A stretch of 64,000 nucleotides of DNA from the NCBI GenBank assembly GCA_903908285.1, contig CAIVRH010000023.1:25052-89051 (forward strand), in the 5' to 3' direction. Numbering within the stretch: position 1 is the stretch's first letter; each line of letters starts with the position of its first letter. The stretch is from an uncultured candidate division Zixibacteria bacterium (GTDB lineage Bacteria; Zixibacteria; MSB-5A5; SM1-73). Under the pieces are notes generated by a model. That model saw only the letters and a program-made list of their open reading frames with translations. It made no database searches and was not told the DNA's origin. The translations under genes were made by a program, and so were the position numbers. Below, piece by piece: positions 51,032 through 59,846 of this stretch.

Positions 51032-52459
51032 ATGAAAAACATTGGTAATATTATCAAGACATTACAAAACATTATGCGCAAAGACCCCGGTGTTTCCGGT
51101 GATGCTCAGCGGATTGAACAACTAGGCTGGATGATTAGTCTCAAAATTTTGGACGATAGCGACAAACAGCAGAAGTTGATAAACGACAACTACATATCCC
51201 CTATACCAAAATATCTACAGTGGCGGAGCTGGGCGGGTGATGATGAAGGTATGACCGGAGAAGATCTTAAAGAATTTGTTGACGGCACGTTAATACCAAA
51301 GCTTAAAAATCTTGATGTGAGTTCTGGTAATAAACGCGCACTCATTATTCGTGAAATATTTGATGGCACGAACAACTATATGAAGAACGGTACCATCCTT
51401 CGCCAAGTCATAAACCAGCTCAACCAGATTGATTTCAACAGTTCCGAGGATCGTCACGTTTTTGGAGATATCTACGAAACGATTCTGAAAGACCTGCAGA
51501 GTGCCGGGAATTATGGAGAGTTTTACACTCCTCGCGCACTTACTGAGTTTATGACGGAAATGATTAACCCGCGACTGGGCGAAAAAGTATTAGACCCGGC
51601 ATGCGGTACAGGAGGATTCTTAACCAGCGCAATTGAGAACATCCGCAAGCAGGATGTTAAGGGTGTAAAGGACCTCAAAGAGCTTGAGAAGACCATCCAC
51701 GGGATGGAATTTAAGCCTCTGCCCTTTATGCTAAGCGTTACGAACCTTATTCTGCACGATATCGAAGTCCCTAATATTGATTATATAGACAGCTTAAATC
51801 GCGAATATACCTCAATTGGGCATAAGGATCGGGTTGATGTAATTCTTGCTAATCCACCGTTTGGTGCGTCTGTTACGGATGGTGCTGAAACAAATTTCCC
51901 TCAGAATTTCCGCACCACAGAAAGCGCCGATCTTTTCCTGATGCTGATGATTCGGTATTTGAGAGACGGTGGGCGTGCCGGGATTGTTCTTCCGGACGGT
52001 TCGCTTATGGGCGACGGCGTAAAACAGCGCATCCGCCAGCATTTATTGGAGAATTGCAATTTGCACACTATTGTCCGCTTACCGAATTCGGTTTTTCAGC
52101 CCTATGCCAGTGTTGCCACCAATTTGCTTTTCTTTGAGAAAGGTAAACCTACTAAAGAGATCTGGTATTGGGAGCATAAACTTCCTGAAGGAATGAAAGC
52201 ATACAGTAAAACGAAGCTCATTCAGAAAAATGAATTTGACGGACTTAAAAAGTGGTGGAAGAAGCGCAAAGAGAATAAGCAGGCGTGGAAGGTCTCGATT
52301 AAAACGATAGCGGAAAATGGATATAGCCTTGACATCAAGAATCCGCACACACCTGAAGAAGAACAATCTTATTCGAGCTCTGAGATTGTCTCCATGCTTC
52401 ACGATTCATTCCGCAAAAGTGACGAGCTTCTGGACAAGCTAAAGAAGGAGCTTAGTTAA
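51032..52459 (+). CDS. hsdM: Type I R-M N6-adenine methyltransferase
   Basis: GEFYTPR, DPACGTGGFL, ANPPFG. Confidence 0.95.
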   Translation: MKNIGNIIKTLQNIMRKDPGVSGDAQRIEQLGWMISLKILDDSDKQQKLINDNYISPIPKYLQWRSWAGDDEGMTGEDLKEFVDGTLIPKLKNLDVSSGNKRALIIREIFDGTNNYMKNGTILRQVINQLNQIDFNSSEDRHVFGDIYETILKDLQSAGNYGEFYTPRALTEFMTEMINPRLGEKVLDPACGTGGFLTSAIENIRKQDVKGVKDLKELEKTIHGMEFKPLPFMLSVTNLILHDIEVPNIDYIDSLNREYTSIGHKDRVDVILANPPFGASVTDGAETNFPQNFRTTESADLFLMLMIRYLRDGGRAGIVLPDGSLMGDGVKQRIRQHLLENCNLHTIVRLPNSVFQPYASVATNLLFFEKGKPTKEIWYWEHKLPEGMKAYSKTKLIQKNEFDGLKKWWKKRKENKQAWKVSIKTIAENGYSLDIKNPHTPEEEQSYSSSEIVSMLHDSFRKSDELLDKLKKELS

Positions 52460-53742
52460 TGGCTGAATGGAAGACAATCGATGAGCTTTTCGATTACGGA
52501 AAAGGGACTTTGCAAAGTTCAAAGTGCTCGCCCGGCAAATACACCTTTATTACTGCCGCTGAAGAGTGGAAGACTCATGAAATATTCACGCACGACTGTG
52601 AGGCTTTAATATTTGCCATGGCGGCCTCTGGTTCGCTGGGCAGGACGCACTATGTGAATGGGAAGTTTATCTCCAGCGACCTTTGTTTCATCCTTACCCC
52701 CAAGAAGGGATTGCGACTCGACCTGACCTTCTACTATCGTCTCTTCAACTTCCTGCGGGCTGATATAGTCAAAAAGACTGCGACAGGCACTTCAAAGCTG
52801 GCGATTAACCAGACAAATTTTGGAGCGTACAGACTTCCTTATTTTGAGTACGAGCACCAGCTAAGTTTTAGGGGCAAGATAGAGACCATAACAGGCATTA
52901 ATGAAGCGTTTTCTAAGGGGATGGACTATCAGTTATCCCTTCTTGCTAAACTTCGTCAGGCCATGTTGCAGGAAGCTATTGAAGGTAAGCTCACAGCCAA
53001 ATGGCAAAAGTATAATCCGGAATTGATCAGCGGTGAAAATCACGCCTCAAAGCTCCTTGAGAGAATCCGAGCTGAGAAAGACAGCCTCCTCAAGGAAGTC
53101 AAGGTACGTAAAGAGAAACCTCTTTCTCCCATCACTGATGACGAAAAACCCTTTATCCTACCCGAGGGATGGGCGTGGTGTCGGTTGGGGGAAATTGGAA
53201 GCACTAATATAGGGTTGACTTATTCGCCCAATGACATATCTGATTCTGGTATTCCTGTGCTCCGCTCCAATAATATCCAAAATGGAACTATTGATTTAAA
53301 TAATCTTGTCAGAGTAAAAATGGAAATTAACGGAAGCCAATATATTAGAAAAGGAGATATCTTAATTTGCGCCAGAAATGGCAGTAAAGCATTGGTTGGG
53401 AAAGCAGCTCAGATTAAAAACATATCTGAATCGATGGCTTTTGGTGCATTCATGGCAATTTTTAGGAGTAGGTATAATGGTTACATCGAAATATTTTTAC
53501 AGTCGCCTATTTTTAGAAGACTGCTAGATAAAGTTAATACAATGACTATTAATCAATTAACTCAAAGTAATCTAAAAAATACAATTATTCCGTTTCCGCC
53601 ATCTGATGAGCAACAAGCCATTGTTGAATGGGTAGATAAACTGAAGGCTGTGATCGACGAAATGGAAAAACAAGTCACCAAGCGCAAATACCAGTCCGAA
53701 ATGCTGATGCAGTCGGTCTTACGAGAGGCATTTGCGGGGTAA
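52459..53742 (+). CDS. hsdS: Type I R-M specificity subunit
   Basis: Two TRDs; LRQAMLQEAIEGKL, PF.LPEGW.W.RLG, P.PP..EQ..IV, QSVLREAF; overlaps the hsdM stop. Confidence 0.92.
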   Translation: MAEWKTIDELFDYGKGTLQSSKCSPGKYTFITAAEEWKTHEIFTHDCEALIFAMAASGSLGRTHYVNGKFISSDLCFILTPKKGLRLDLTFYYRLFNFLRADIVKKTATGTSKLAINQTNFGAYRLPYFEYEHQLSFRGKIETITGINEAFSKGMDYQLSLLAKLRQAMLQEAIEGKLTAKWQKYNPELISGENHASKLLERIRAEKDSLLKEVKVRKEKPLSPITDDEKPFILPEGWAWCRLGEIGSTNIGLTYSPNDISDSGIPVLRSNNIQNGTIDLNNLVRVKMEINGSQYIRKGDILICARNGSKALVGKAAQIKNISESMAFGAFMAIFRSRYNGYIEIFLQSPIFRRLLDKVNTMTINQLTQSNLKNTIIPFPPSDEQQAIVEWVDKLKAVIDEMEKQVTKRKYQSEMLMQSVLREAFAG

Positions 53743-53829
53743 TGAATTATTTTAGTTCATAGGTCAGGTGTCCTGCGCTCCTGAGTTATACACCTCTTCA
53801 ATTCCCTCTTGTCAGCGGAGTAAAATAAT

Positions 53830-53949
53830 CAGGCAAAGGTAAAAGTACTTGAGCGGGAGATAGACCAATCCTACGGATCCAAAGTCGGATTGGTGTATAA
53901 GCTCTATGGCTTAACCGAAGAGGAGATAAAGATTGTGGAGGGGGAATAA
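53830..53949 (+). pseudogene. C-terminal remnant of a type IIG/TaqI-like methyltransferase gene
   Basis: Reads ...LEREIDQ[SYGSKVG]LVYKLYGLTEEEIKIVEGE*, the typical 'EIDQLVYxLYGLTxEEI' tail; no upstream frame. Confidence 0.65.
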
Positions 53950-54720
53950 CCAACCCCCCTACCCCCCTTATCAGGGGGGCAAAAAAGAAAGTCCCCCTGA
54001 CAAGGGGGATTCAGGGGGTTCTAAACACACAGACCCACCCCCCTTTCGAATTTCCCCCATTTTCAAGGGGGTTGGCTTTTGTAGCCGCAGACATTTGTCT
54101 GCGCAGGGGATCTGGTTTCTTGTCCCCCTGATATCGAACACGTAGCACCCGACCAAAGTTTACCCTGAGCATAGTCGAAGGGTGTCGGGCGTTTTTTCTA
54201 ATCTGTTCCATCCGTTGACCGTATTATCCCCCTCTCCACAAGTGTGGAGAGGGGGAATCAAAGGGGGTGAGGTCTCTCTATTTTTCTCTCTTACCACCAA
54301 TATAAATTCAATACAACTTCGGTGGTGAAAAGTACACCGTCCCAATAGGTGGAGGCACTAATGTTTTTTACATGTACCCAAATTCTCATGGAATCGAAGA
54401 ATTGCTTTGCATTTTGATTTTATGACCTTAAACCTTTCACCTTTAACCTTAGACCTTGAACCCTTGAACCTTTTCCGCCGAAGGCGGAGAACTCTCAACA
54501 ATAAATGCTTTTGACTTTATTGAACCTTTGAACTCTTGAACTTTTGAACTTTTATTCTCGAATCCTTGAACCTATAACCTGCCTTACGAATGGACTTTCT
54601 GATGATGAAAAAAATGAAAACCACGTTCCCCAAGCCCCCCAATCCCCCCATGCCCCCCCACGTTCGGCGAGTCACGCTTCCCCTCTCTTTTTTAAGAGAG
54701 GGGACACAGGGGTGAGTTCC
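53950..54720. repeat. Cluster of G/C-tract palindromes (REP-like) and 7-8-mer tandem repeats
   Basis: cccccttatcagggggg, cccctgacaaggggg, cccctctccaca..tgtggagagggg, cccctctctttttaagagagggg; ttgaacct/cttgaact repeats at 54420-54550. Confidence 0.7.
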
Positions 54721-54782
54721 AGGACTTTGAAAGAATGAAAAAATGAAATCCACAAGTCCAGTAAGTCAGGATTAATGAGCCC

Positions 54783-55580
54783 CTATCTGTCCTTCAAAAC
54801 ATCTACCATCTGCCGGTGTATTTTTCCGTTGGTGGCTAAGATCTCTTTCATATAGATATTGAATGGTCCTCCGGAGAAATCGGTAACTTTTCCTCCAGCT
54901 TCGGTAATCAACAAGCTACCTGCTGCCATGTCCCAGGGAGAGAGTTTCAATTCCCAGAAGCCGTCGAATCTTCCCATAGCCAGATAGCATAAGTCTAATG
55001 CGGCTGCTCCCATCCTCCTTACCGCCTGGCATTTTTTGTAGAAATTAGTAAAGTGGTTCAGATTGTTGATTCTGCTGGTCCTGATATCATAAGGAAAGCC
55101 GGTGGCTAACAGGCTTTTCCCTAATTCATGTTCATGGGAAACAGAAATCTTACGTTTGTTTATGGACATACCTTTTTCTTTATATAGATAAGCCCCATTT
55201 CCTTTTTCTGCGACAAAAAGCTCGTCCAAATTTGGGTTGTAAACCACTCCCAGGATGATCTTCCCTTTTTCTTCCAGGGCGATGGAAACGCAATAAACCG
55301 GAAGATTGTGAGCATAATTGGTGGTACCATCCAATGGATCGATCACCCATTTAAAATCCGATTCAGGCTTTCTTTCCTTACTCTCCTCGGTTAAAATGCC
55401 ATGATCGGGGAATTCTCTTCGGATTATTTTGATTATCGCTTCCTCCGACAAGCGGTCCACCTCGGTTACCAAATTCACATCGTCCTTAAAGCCGATCTTT
55501 TTATCCATTCCGGAGTGCTTGGTTATAATCTCCCCTGCCTCCAAAGCCGCCTCGACTGCTAATTTTGTGAACTCCTGCAT
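54783..55580 (-). CDS. suhB: Inositol monophosphatase family protein
   Basis: LVTEVD, LTEE, WVIDPLDGTTNY, RRMGAAALDL, WDMAAG; AGGAG RBS before ATG 55580. Confidence 0.92.
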   Translation of the reverse strand: MQEFTKLAVEAALEAGEIITKHSGMDKKIGFKDDVNLVTEVDRLSEEAIIKIIRREFPDHGILTEESKERKPESDFKWVIDPLDGTTNYAHNLPVYCVSIALEEKGKIILGVVYNPNLDELFVAEKGNGAYLYKEKGMSINKRKISVSHEHELGKSLLATGFPYDIRTSRINNLNHFTNFYKKCQAVRRMGAAALDLCYLAMGRFDGFWELKLSPWDMAAGSLLITEAGGKVTDFSGGPFNIYMKEILATNGKIHRQMVDVLKDR

Positions 55581-55817
55581 CATTTCTCCTGAATCATCAG
55601 AAACTCTAATACTTGAATCCTGTTTCCATAAGAAGATATATCTTTGCGAATTCAAAGCAAGGTTTTTAAATTAACTTGGCAGTGGAATATTTTGCTTGCT
55701 TTTTGTTTTGAACGTCGTATATTCACAAAAAGTTTCGGGTTGCGTATAAGAGAAAGGAAATTTCGAGTTAGAAATTCAGAGGTTGGATTAATAACCGATC
55801 AATATAGATGAATAATT

Positions 55818-55899
55818 GGAGAGGTACCCAAGTGGCCAACGGGAACAGACTGTAAATCTGTCGGCGATGCCTTCGAAGGTTCGAATCCTTCCCTCTCCA
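55818..55899 (+). tRNA. tRNA-Tyr (GTA)
   Basis: GGAGAGG/CCTCTCC acceptor, ACAGA-CTGTAAA-TCTGT anticodon arm, long variable arm, GGTTCGAATCC. Confidence 0.95.
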
Positions 55900-56003
55900 T
55901 TTTTAAGGCAGTTATTAGTTCGTGGTTCATGGTTCGTGGTAAAACAATTTTTAAACGGGGTGGGGAACTACCTACTACGAACCCCGAACCAATAACTAAA
56001 AGC

Positions 56004-56240
56004 GCGGGAGTAACTCAGTTGGTAGAGTCTCCCGCCTATGGCGGGATGGTCGCGGGTCCGAAAGATAGAAGAATATGAATATGCGGGAGTAACTCAGTTG
56101 GTAGAGTCACCCGCCTATGGCGGGATGGTCGCGGGTCCGAAAGATAGAAGAATATGAATATGCGGGAGTAACTCAGTTGGTAGAGTCTCCCGCCTATGGC
56201 GGGATGGTCGCGGGTCCGAAAGATAGAAGAATATGAATAT
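56004..56240 (+). repeat. Three tandem 79-bp units of tRNA-Gly-derived sequence (pseudo-tRNAs)
   Basis: GCGGGAGTAACTCAGTTGGTAGAGTC recurs at 56004, 56083, 56162 and 56241 (79-bp period). Confidence 0.9.
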
Positions 56241-56313
56241 GCGGGAGTAACTCAGTTGGTAGAGTCACAGCCTTCCAAGCTGTTGGTCGCGGGTCCGAGT
56301 CCCGTCTCCCGCT
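56241..56313 (+). tRNA. tRNA-Gly (TCC)
   Basis: GCGGGAG/CTCCCGC acceptor, ACAGC-CTTCCAA-GCTGT anticodon arm; T-loop reads TCCGAGT instead of TTCGAGT. Confidence 0.9.
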
Positions 56314-56338
56314 ATTTTTTTGATTGATTCCCAACAAC

Positions 56339-56665
56339 TTAGCTTCCCATTTCCCCAATTTGTTTCAGTTTTGTTTCAACTTTATTACTGAAATTGAGCA
56401 CGTTGATGGCTTCCTGCTTGTGGCTTTTCGATAGGTGGGAATACTTCTCTGTGATCAGGAGAGAGGAGTGTCCGAGATATTCTTGGATTGTTCGGGAGTC
56501 GACGCCTTTCATGATTAGGTAGCTGGCGAAGGTATGGCGGAGTGCGTGCAGATTAGCACCCTGGATTCCTGTTTGCTTATTAACCTTTATTCCTATTTTT
56601 AAGGGTTTATTTAAAAAAGCCCAGTCAGTTACCTTCAGAAGTTGATTGTTTATGACGACGATCAA
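56339..56665 (-). pseudogene. C-terminal fragment of a tyrosine recombinase/integrase
   Basis: HALRHTFAS, IQEYLGHS, TEKYSH (catalytic Tyr); N-terminal two thirds missing. Confidence 0.85.
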
Positions 56666-56896
56666 CAGGATGGAGAAATAGCCTTAATGGGTGGTTTCAT
56701 TGATTTCTGGGCAATAAAAATCCTGTCCCATCGTTGTCGCATAAATATTATTATACCTAACTACTCCTTAGTTAACAAGAATCTACTTGCTTTTTAAGAA
56801 ATTTGAGCTATTTTTCAATAAAAGAATCAAAACTTTGCTTACAACCATTAAACATGAAATAGCACTTTTTAACCATTCCAAGGACCGAAGGATAGC

Positions 56897-59212
56897 ATGT
56901 ACAGTCTATTTAATGAACTTTTCCTGGCTAGAGCCATATCAAATATAGCAAGATCGCGAAAACGAGGGAAACTCCTGATCCTTTTAGCATTACTGTTAAC
57001 TGCAACAACTGCCTGGGGTTATTGCCCAGAAGATAGTGTGGATAGAGGAAACTGTGATACGATGTATATAGAACCATGGCCTGCTGATGTCGCAGACAGT
57101 GTTTGGTCACATCCTGGACCATATTTTGTTAGAGTTCCTATCTACATCACTGACGATATATATGCATCTTACGATTCAATCCTAGCATTTACCATTCCTC
57201 TATGTTACACTCACACCAACCCGATGAAGTATTGCAGTGTCAGCACGTACTGGAATAGAACTCTGTGGAATACCTCAGGTTTATGGCGCAGTATCTTTAG
57301 ACACCTTCCCAGCAACCAAGATCCCCAAGTTCACAATTGGATGATGGACCTTTATGATGTTGGAGAAGGGTGGGAATGGGATAATATTTTTTTGGATATA
57401 GATAATACTTCACATTTTTGGTTGACTGTAATTAAAGGGATGAATGATCCGCGGTTTCTAGCAGGTAGCAGAATTCTTCTGGCAACTATGACCATGAAGC
57501 TAGAAGATACCATGAACATATGCATTGATACGTGCTTCTGGCCACCCTCCACCCGTTTGGCCTTTTTTGTTAATAACGAGTATGGCTCGGCTCAAGCCAA
57601 GCTTCCCAGATCAGGAACTGACACTTCAAGTTTTCAGTTTTGCTTTCCATATCAATTTCATGCTCCTCACGTCGTCTCTATCTCACCCATGCAAAATCAA
57701 CTGAATGTGCCTTTTAACACCAACATATCTGTGACTTTCGATATTAATGTACTTAAAACCACGATCAACGAATCAACTTTTCTGGTCAATGCATGGTCTA
57801 CCGGACTTCACCGAGGCACAATTACATACGACATCTTGACTAAAACCGCTACCTTGAATCCAACCCATGATTTCGACCAAGGTGAAATCGTAACCGTAGT
57901 TCTTAACACAGGCATAGAATCATCGACAGGAATCCCCATGGAAAGCAGTTATATCTGGTCGTTCACCACGAAAGTTAATGGTGGTTCCGCATGCTTTATA
58001 CCTCCAGTCAACTATGAGACAGGAGATCGGCCTTTAGGTGTTTTTTGTGCTGATTTGGATGGAGATGGAGATGTGGACTTAGCTGTAGTGAATGGGCTCA
58101 GGAACACGGTTTCCATACTGAAGAACAACGGAGATGGAACTTTTCAGCCTAAAGCGGATTACAACACAGGGGCTAATCCCGTTTTTGTTTCTTGTGCCGA
58201 CTTGGATAGGGATTCAGATTTAGACTTAGTTACAGCAAATACTGATAGCGATAATATTTCCGTGTTTAAGAACAAGGGGGACGGGATATTTGATATGGCA
58301 GTGAACTACGATGGTGGAGATGGTCCTTATTCTATTTTTTGCGCGGATTTAGATGGGGATGGCGATTTGGACTTAGCTGTGGCAAATGTTTCTAGCAACA
58401 ACGTCTCAATCTTGAAGAACAACGGGAATGGGACTTTTCAGACCGCGGTCAACTATGGTGTCGGTTTAGAGCCTCGTTCTATTTTCTGTGCGGATTTAGA
58501 TGGAGACAAAGATATGGACATAGTGGTGGGAAATTATTCAAGCAACAATGTTTCCATCTTAACGAACAATGGAGATGGCACATTCCAAGATACCGTTAAT
58601 TATGCTGCTGAGATTAGTCCCCGTTCTGTGTTTTGCGCGGATTTGGATGGAGATGGTGATTTAGATTTAGCTGTAGCCAACGTCAGTGGTAGTGTTTCTA
58701 TCTTCAAGAACAACGGGAATGGAACGTTTCAGGATAAGGTTAACTATAGTACTGGAGATTATGCTAATTCCGTATTTTGTTCGGATTTGGATGGAGATGG
58801 TGATCTGGACCTAGCGTTGTCATGTCCTGGTAGCTCTGGCGATATCTATGTTTACAAAAACATTGGGGACGGGACATTTGAGACCCCGGTGGTCTTCAAT
58901 GGTGAAGAAACCCCTTCATCTGTTTCTAGTTCGGATTTGGATGGAGATGGTGATTTGGACCTGGCTGTGACAAATTCCGAAAGTGACAATGTCTCGATTC
59001 TCTTTAATATTTACCGTGGTAACTGCAACGGCGATAGTGTAGTAGACATTGGTGATGTAGTATTCTTAATAAACTATCTTTTCAAGAGTGGTCCGGAGAT
59101 TCCTTGTTTGTCTGTCGGAGATGCTAATTGTGACGGAATGGTTAATATCGGTGATGTGGTTTACCTAAACAACTATCTCTTCAAATTAGGTCCACCGCTA
59201 ACCTGTAAGTAA
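56897..59212 (+). CDS. Secreted protein: cohesin-like N-terminus, Big_5 Ig-like domain, 7 FG-GAP repeats, C-terminal dockerin
   Basis: Seven 'DLDGDGD.DL' repeats; P.V.S..P....NV..NT.I.VTF...WSFTT Ig domain; G.CNGD..VDIGDVV.LINYLF twice. Confidence 0.85.
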   Translation: MYSLFNELFLARAISNIARSRKRGKLLILLALLLTATTAWGYCPEDSVDRGNCDTMYIEPWPADVADSVWSHPGPYFVRVPIYITDDIYASYDSILAFTIPLCYTHTNPMKYCSVSTYWNRTLWNTSGLWRSIFRHLPSNQDPQVHNWMMDLYDVGEGWEWDNIFLDIDNTSHFWLTVIKGMNDPRFLAGSRILLATMTMKLEDTMNICIDTCFWPPSTRLAFFVNNEYGSAQAKLPRSGTDTSSFQFCFPYQFHAPHVVSISPMQNQLNVPFNTNISVTFDINVLKTTINESTFLVNAWSTGLHRGTITYDILTKTATLNPTHDFDQGEIVTVVLNTGIESSTGIPMESSYIWSFTTKVNGGSACFIPPVNYETGDRPLGVFCADLDGDGDVDLAVVNGLRNTVSILKNNGDGTFQPKADYNTGANPVFVSCADLDRDSDLDLVTANTDSDNISVFKNKGDGIFDMAVNYDGGDGPYSIFCADLDGDGDLDLAVANVSSNNVSILKNNGNGTFQTAVNYGVGLEPRSIFCADLDGDKDMDIVVGNYSSNNVSILTNNGDGTFQDTVNYAAEISPRSVFCADLDGDGDLDLAVANVSGSVSIFKNNGNGTFQDKVNYSTGDYANSVFCSDLDGDGDLDLALSCPGSSGDIYVYKNIGDGTFETPVVFNGEETPSSVSSSDLDGDGDLDLAVTNSESDNVSILFNIYRGNCNGDSVVDIGDVVFLINYLFKSGPEIPCLSVGDANCDGMVNIGDVVYLNNYLFKLGPPLTCK

Positions 59213-59274
59213 TTAACAGTATTCAGTTGTCAGAGATCAGGCCGAGCCTCTAAATCAGGGACTCGGCTTTCTTT

Positions 59275-59604
59275 TTAGTTTGTTTCAATCAATTTTTTCT
59301 GTTTCTTGCGGAATCCTCGCCTACGGAAAAGCGATGCATAATTAGGATCCTTTCGCAATTCGAACACTCTCTTACTGAAGTAGTCTTGAAATAGCTTTAT
59401 ACCGGTTTCACCATAAATCAGCGCTACATCTTGGATAAGAGCAACCCGAGAGAGCTTTCGACGGTATTTTCTATTGAATTCGTAGATTATCTGAGCGGAA
59501 ACAGGGTAATATTTCTTGAAATTCTCCCACCACTCATCCCAGTCAGGTCTCATAATGGCATAAGACTCTAAGAAATCTTTGACCCATCTTTTCAGTGCTT
59601 GCAT
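59275..59604 (-). CDS. Hypothetical basic protein (109 aa)
   Basis: Strong AAGGAGGTGA RBS; no recognisable motif; lies just inside the right att repeat. Confidence 0.6.
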   Translation of the reverse strand: MQALKRWVKDFLESYAIMRPDWDEWWENFKKYYPVSAQIIYEFNRKYRRKLSRVALIQDVALIYGETGIKLFQDYFSKRVFELRKDPNYASLFRRRGFRKKQKKLIETN

Positions 59605-59782
59605 TGAAAATCACCTCCTTCCTGTTTAGGGCTCCGAGTCCCGTCTCCCGCCTGTGGCGGGATGGTCGCGGGATATTAATTCAGTTCATGGTTCGGAGTT
59701 CGTAGTGAAGCATTTTTACGTTACCTGGTATTCCTCGATTTCTACTTGGGATATGCGTGGCATGTTTTGTTATGACTTATAT

Positions 59783-59822
59783 AAAAAACAGGCTTTGGTC
59801 AAAAACCAAAGCTTGTTTTTTT
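59783..59822. terminator. Bidirectional intrinsic terminator
   Basis: aaaaaacaggctttgg-tcaaaaa-ccaaagcttgttttttt. Confidence 0.75.
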
Positions 59823-59846
59823 GTCGTTCCGCAGAATAAAATTCAA

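Larger units (their letters stand above)
56294..59651. mobile_element. Degenerate genomic island integrated at the tRNA-Gly 3' end
   Basis: 19-bp direct repeat TCCGAGTCCCGTCTCCCGC at 56294-56312 and 59633-59651; integrase fragment abuts the tRNA. Confidence 0.7.

Noticed and set aside
53933..54753. Several 60-78-aa ORFs
   Set aside because: They are translations of G/C-tract palindromes and short tandem repeats, with no coding signal.
56004..56313. CRISPR array
   Set aside because: Units are near-identical with no unique spacers, the repeat is tRNA-Gly sequence, and there are no cas genes.
56339..59651. Intact prophage
   Set aside because: Only about 3.3 kb, truncated integrase, no structural or replication genes.
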